Source: a virus
Length of the DNA stretch: 64,000 nucleotides
Direction: 5' to 3' (one strand)
IMG/VR virus record: IMGVR_UViG_3300025769_000006
Below the pieces are notes generated by a model that was not told where the DNA came from, did no database searches, and worked only from the letters and a program-made list of their open reading frames with translations. How positions within the stretch are numbered: position 1 is the first letter of the stretch; each line of letters starts with the position of its first letter. Below, one piece after another: positions 60,989 to 64,000 of the stretch. The position numbers and the translations under genes were made by a program.

Positions 60989-61719
60989 TGACAGAAAAAC
61001 AAGTTATAAAAAAACTAAAAGATGATAAACATTATTACGGGGATTTTGGTAAAAAATATCTCAGTAATTCTGATATAAGCAAGCTTTTAACAAACCCACT
61101 TAGTCTTAGAGAAGAACAAAAACAAATACCAGCTTTTTTAATAGGTGGTTATTTTCATACTGCTATATTAGAACCAGATAAACTTAAAAAGTTTAAAATA
61201 ATAGATGCTACAACAAGAAACACTAAGTTGTATAAAGAAATATCTGGTGGCGAAATGTGTTTGTTAAAAAGCGAAGTTGACAAACTAGAACTAATGATAG
61301 ATAAAATGCTAAGCAACAAAGCTTGCGTTGATCTTATAAGAGGTATAAATATTGAATATGAAAAACCTGGCATAACAGAGTTAGAAGGTTTAAAATGGAA
61401 AGGCAAAGCTGATATTGTTAATCACGATGAAAGATTAATAGTAGATTTAAAAACAACAGCTGATCTTCACAAATTTAGATATTCAGCTTCTAAATATAAT
61501 TACGACAGTCAAGCTTATATTTATCAACATCTATTTGGATATGAATTAATATTTATAGCAATAGATAAAACCACGCATCAAATAGGTATTTTTGATTGCT
61601 CACCTGATTTTTTATTGCGTGGTAGAGACAAAGTACAAAGAGCAGTTGAACAATATAAATTATTTTATGAATCAGAGGATTTTGATCCTCAACAATATTT
61701 TATTAATCAAACTTTATAA
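60988..61719 (+). CDS. PD-(D/E)XK exonuclease (RecE-like, DUF3799-type)
   Basis: GGYFHTAILEPDK and KGKADIVNHDERLIVDLKTT (D..D-x-K) are present. Confidence 0.65.
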   Translation: MTEKQVIKKLKDDKHYYGDFGKKYLSNSDISKLLTNPLSLREEQKQIPAFLIGGYFHTAILEPDKLKKFKIIDATTRNTKLYKEISGGEMCLLKSEVDKLELMIDKMLSNKACVDLIRGINIEYEKPGITELEGLKWKGKADIVNHDERLIVDLKTTADLHKFRYSASKYNYDSQAYIYQHLFGYELIFIAIDKTTHQIGIFDCSPDFLLRGRDKVQRAVEQYKLFYESEDFDPQQYFINQTL

Positions 61720-61721
61720 TT

Positions 61722-62033
61722 ATGGCAAGTATAATTAAAGCAAGTATCAATTTAAGCAATATTGATAAATCAAAAGTTATTGAAGGTAAAAAAGGTAAAT
61801 ATCTTCCTATAGTAATAACTTTAAATGATGACGTAGATCAATTTGGAAACCAAGGACCAATTGTTATAAGTCAAACAAAAGAAGAAAGAGAAAGTAAAGC
61901 AGCTAAAACTTATTTAGGTAATGTTCAAGTAGTTTGGACAAATGGAGAAAATGTTGCCGCTGCACCTAGAGCAGATCAACCTAAAGCCGCTGAATTTGTA
62001 GCTGAAGCAGGCGATGATGATCTACCGTTTTAA
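61722..62033 (+). CDS. small ssDNA-binding-like protein with canonical SSB acidic tip
   Basis: Ends in EAGDDDLPF. Its position is between the recombinase/exonuclease and the primase-helicase. Confidence 0.5.
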   Translation: MASIIKASINLSNIDKSKVIEGKKGKYLPIVITLNDDVDQFGNQGPIVISQTKEERESKAAKTYLGNVQVVWTNGENVAAAPRADQPKAAEFVAEAGDDDLPF

Positions 62034-62042
62034 TTAAATTAA

Positions 62043-63770
62043 ATGCAAGTAGAAGATAAAGAGATTAATGGATTTTTGATTGATGAGTTCAATCAACATG
62101 GTCTAGAAGTTGGTAAAACACAAGGCGTATGTCCTGATTCTACCAAATGTAGACAACCCAAGAACCACAAGAAAAAATGTGCTTCATATGATTGGGAACG
62201 TGGTCTCGGTACTTGCCACAACTGTAATAAATCATTTCAATTACACACTTATCAGCGTAAAGGTAAAGCTGAAAAAGAATACGTAAAACCACCAGGTCCT
62301 CCTAATTCTAAAGAATATCCTGAGTTTTTAAGTGATAAAGTAATTGAATGGTTTAAAGCAAGAGGCATAGGAACTCAAACTTTAATTGATTTAGAAATTA
62401 GCGAAGGTCCTGAGTATATGCCACAAACCGGTAAAACCGAGAATGTAATAAAGTTTAATTATTTTATGGGCGGTGAATTAACTAATATTAAATACCGCGA
62501 TGGAAGAAAAAACTTTAAATTATATAAGGGTGCTGAAAAAGTGTTCTACAATATAGACAGCATAGTAGGCTATGAGTATTGCGTTATAGTTGAAGGTGAA
62601 ATGGACGTGCTAGCCTTACATGAAGCAGGTATTGAAAATGCAATATCTGTTCCTAATGGTGCTACACTTAATACTAACAATTTAGATTATTTAGACAATT
62701 GTATAGATTATTTCGAAGACAAAGAAAAAGTTATTTTAGCAGTAGATTCAGACGAAGCTGGTCAAGCATTACAAGCTGAATTAATTAGAAGGCTAGGATC
62801 TGAGGTTTGTTATTTAGCTACATTTGATGATTGTAAAGATGCTAATGAATATTTAATAAAGTATGGAACAGAAAAACTGGCAGAGCGTATTGGCAGGTCA
62901 AAACCGGTACCACTTGAAAATGTCACGACATTTAGGGACATTGAAGACGAAGTCACGGACTTTGTTCGTAACGGGTTTAAACCTGGATATCAAATTGGTC
63001 TTCAGAATTTTGATGACATCTTTTCAACTTATACTGGTCAATTTATTACTGTTACTGGTATTCCGTCTAGCGGGAAGTCAGATTTCGTCGATCAAATGGT
63101 TGTTGGATATAACCAAAACTATGGCTGGAAAACGGCGTTCGCTAGTCCGGAAAATGTACCGACATACCTTCACGCACACAAGTTAATGCGAAAAGTTTGG
63201 CAAGGTATGCCTTCGTCTTCAGATATCGGCGGTAGCAAATGGAATCAAGTTGCAGATCACTGTAATACAAATTTTTTTCACATTGATATGGAGCGTTATA
63301 CTTTAGAATCTGTATTAAAGAAAGGTGCTGAGCTAGTTAAACGTAAAGGTATTAAATGTTTAGTTATTGATCCTTTTAATAAAGTTAGAGACGTTGACTG
63401 TAAAACTGAAGATGTTAATCGTTATACAATGGAATACTTAACTAAAATAGAAACATTCGCAAAGAAGTTTGATGTATTAGTATTTATTGTAGCTCATCCA
63501 ACTAAAATGTACAAAGACAAAGAAGGTAAAATTGAAGAGCCAACAATGTATAACATTAAAGGTGGTGGTGAATGGTATGATGCTAGTTATCATGGACTGT
63601 TGATACACAGAGACTATGAAGCTAAAACAGTTAAAGCTAAAGTTCTTAAAGTTAAGTTTCAAAACCTCGGTGAAAACGGAGCTGAAGCGCATTTTAAATG
63701 GGAACCAAAGTCTGGTTGTTTTATTCCTCATCAAACAATTAGTTTAGATGACCCAATGCCTTGGGAGTAA
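62043..63770 (+). CDS. bifunctional DNA primase/helicase (T7 gp4-like)
   Basis: Zn ribbon CPDSTKC..CHNCNK. TOPRIM: CVIVEGEMDVLAL, AVDSDEAGQ. Walker A: TGIPSSGKS. Walker B: CLVIDPF. Confidence 0.85.
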   Translation: MQVEDKEINGFLIDEFNQHGLEVGKTQGVCPDSTKCRQPKNHKKKCASYDWERGLGTCHNCNKSFQLHTYQRKGKAEKEYVKPPGPPNSKEYPEFLSDKVIEWFKARGIGTQTLIDLEISEGPEYMPQTGKTENVIKFNYFMGGELTNIKYRDGRKNFKLYKGAEKVFYNIDSIVGYEYCVIVEGEMDVLALHEAGIENAISVPNGATLNTNNLDYLDNCIDYFEDKEKVILAVDSDEAGQALQAELIRRLGSEVCYLATFDDCKDANEYLIKYGTEKLAERIGRSKPVPLENVTTFRDIEDEVTDFVRNGFKPGYQIGLQNFDDIFSTYTGQFITVTGIPSSGKSDFVDQMVVGYNQNYGWKTAFASPENVPTYLHAHKLMRKVWQGMPSSSDIGGSKWNQVADHCNTNFFHIDMERYTLESVLKKGAELVKRKGIKCLVIDPFNKVRDVDCKTEDVNRYTMEYLTKIETFAKKFDVLVFIVAHPTKMYKDKEGKIEEPTMYNIKGGGEWYDASYHGLLIHRDYEAKTVKAKVLKVKFQNLGENGAEAHFKWEPKSGCFIPHQTISLDDPMPWE

Positions 63771-64000
63771 ATGGCTTGGGGCAAAAAAGTAAACATGGGA
63801 ATTTATACTCCAGATAAATCAGAATTTGAAGCTTATCATTGGTGTATAAATAATAACATCTACATATCACCGTTTGCTAAAAATGAAGCGGCTTGGTATA
63901 TAGATATTGTAATTAATGGAAAAACAAATAGATCGCCGAGTGTGTATAGCAAACACACTATATGGAATACGATCTATGAATATTATAAATATTATTATGA
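63771..64000 (+). CDS. hypothetical protein, 3' end outside window
   Basis: The ATG at 63771 immediately follows the primase-helicase stop, and the frame is open to the window edge. Confidence 0.45.
   Translation, partial: MAWGKKVNMGIYTPDKSEFEAYHWCINNNIYISPFAKNEAAWYIDIVINGKTNRSPSVYSKHTIWNTIYEYYKYYY

Noticed and set aside
1-64000. CRISPR arrays, integrase/repressor lysogeny module, transposase/IS elements, rRNA
   Set aside because: No spaced direct-repeat arrays were found. No tyrosine- or serine-recombinase or transposase motifs were recognised in any listed ORF.

Overview
The window looks like a 64-kb slice of a virulent, AT-rich dsDNA phage genome. No integrase, repressor, CRISPR array or rRNA is visible. 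It has three blocks.

(1) 1-5156 (+): a nucleotide-metabolism operon. It holds the 3' end of a T4 gp42-like dCMP hydroxymethylase, a GIY-YIG/MazG fusion, a second possible MazG-like protein, a PD-(D/E)XK-like nuclease and class Ia RNR NrdB/NrdA.

(2) 5299-50637 (-): one uninterrupted ~45-kb late operon.
- Transcription order starts with tail-fibre-like proteins (collagen-like, Hep_Hag-like and FLRGDGTW-repeat types).
- These are followed by a phage GroEL/GroES pair and a cluster of small basic proteins sharing an SP(I/L/V)K box.
- Next come two HExxH proteins, then large terminase, portal, scaffold and major capsid.
- Tail or nozzle candidates follow, including a 1681-aa protein with an embedded Fibrobacter-type (FISUMP) domain.
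- The operon then carries a GNAT-like protein and putative internal/ejection proteins, including a 2453-aa HExxH giant.
- It ends with an M15 endolysin and a small transmembrane (TM) ORF.
- The layout resembles a podovirus: no sheath, tube or tape-measure protein is recognisable.

(3) 50638-64000 (+): an early/middle region of densely packed small genes. Many are under 60 aa and absent from the ORF track. It also encodes two sigma-70-family factors, an ERF / PD-(D/E)XK exonuclease / SSB-like recombination set, and a T7 gp4-like primase-helicase.

The strongest non-coding signals are:
(a) Nine copies of a rigid bipartite motif, CACGGA-N18-AGATAATATA, in front of plus-strand genes.
(b) A second box, TAATTATAY-TATAKT-ATG / CAWGTAAT, in front of late genes.
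(c) A ~450-nt, relatively GC-rich, ORF-free RNA island (54453-54899). It has two tRNA-like acceptor/T-arm modules that I could not fold into canonical cloverleafs. One resembles a miniature tmRNA tRNA-like domain.

All protein calls rest on by-eye motif recognition; no database search was run.
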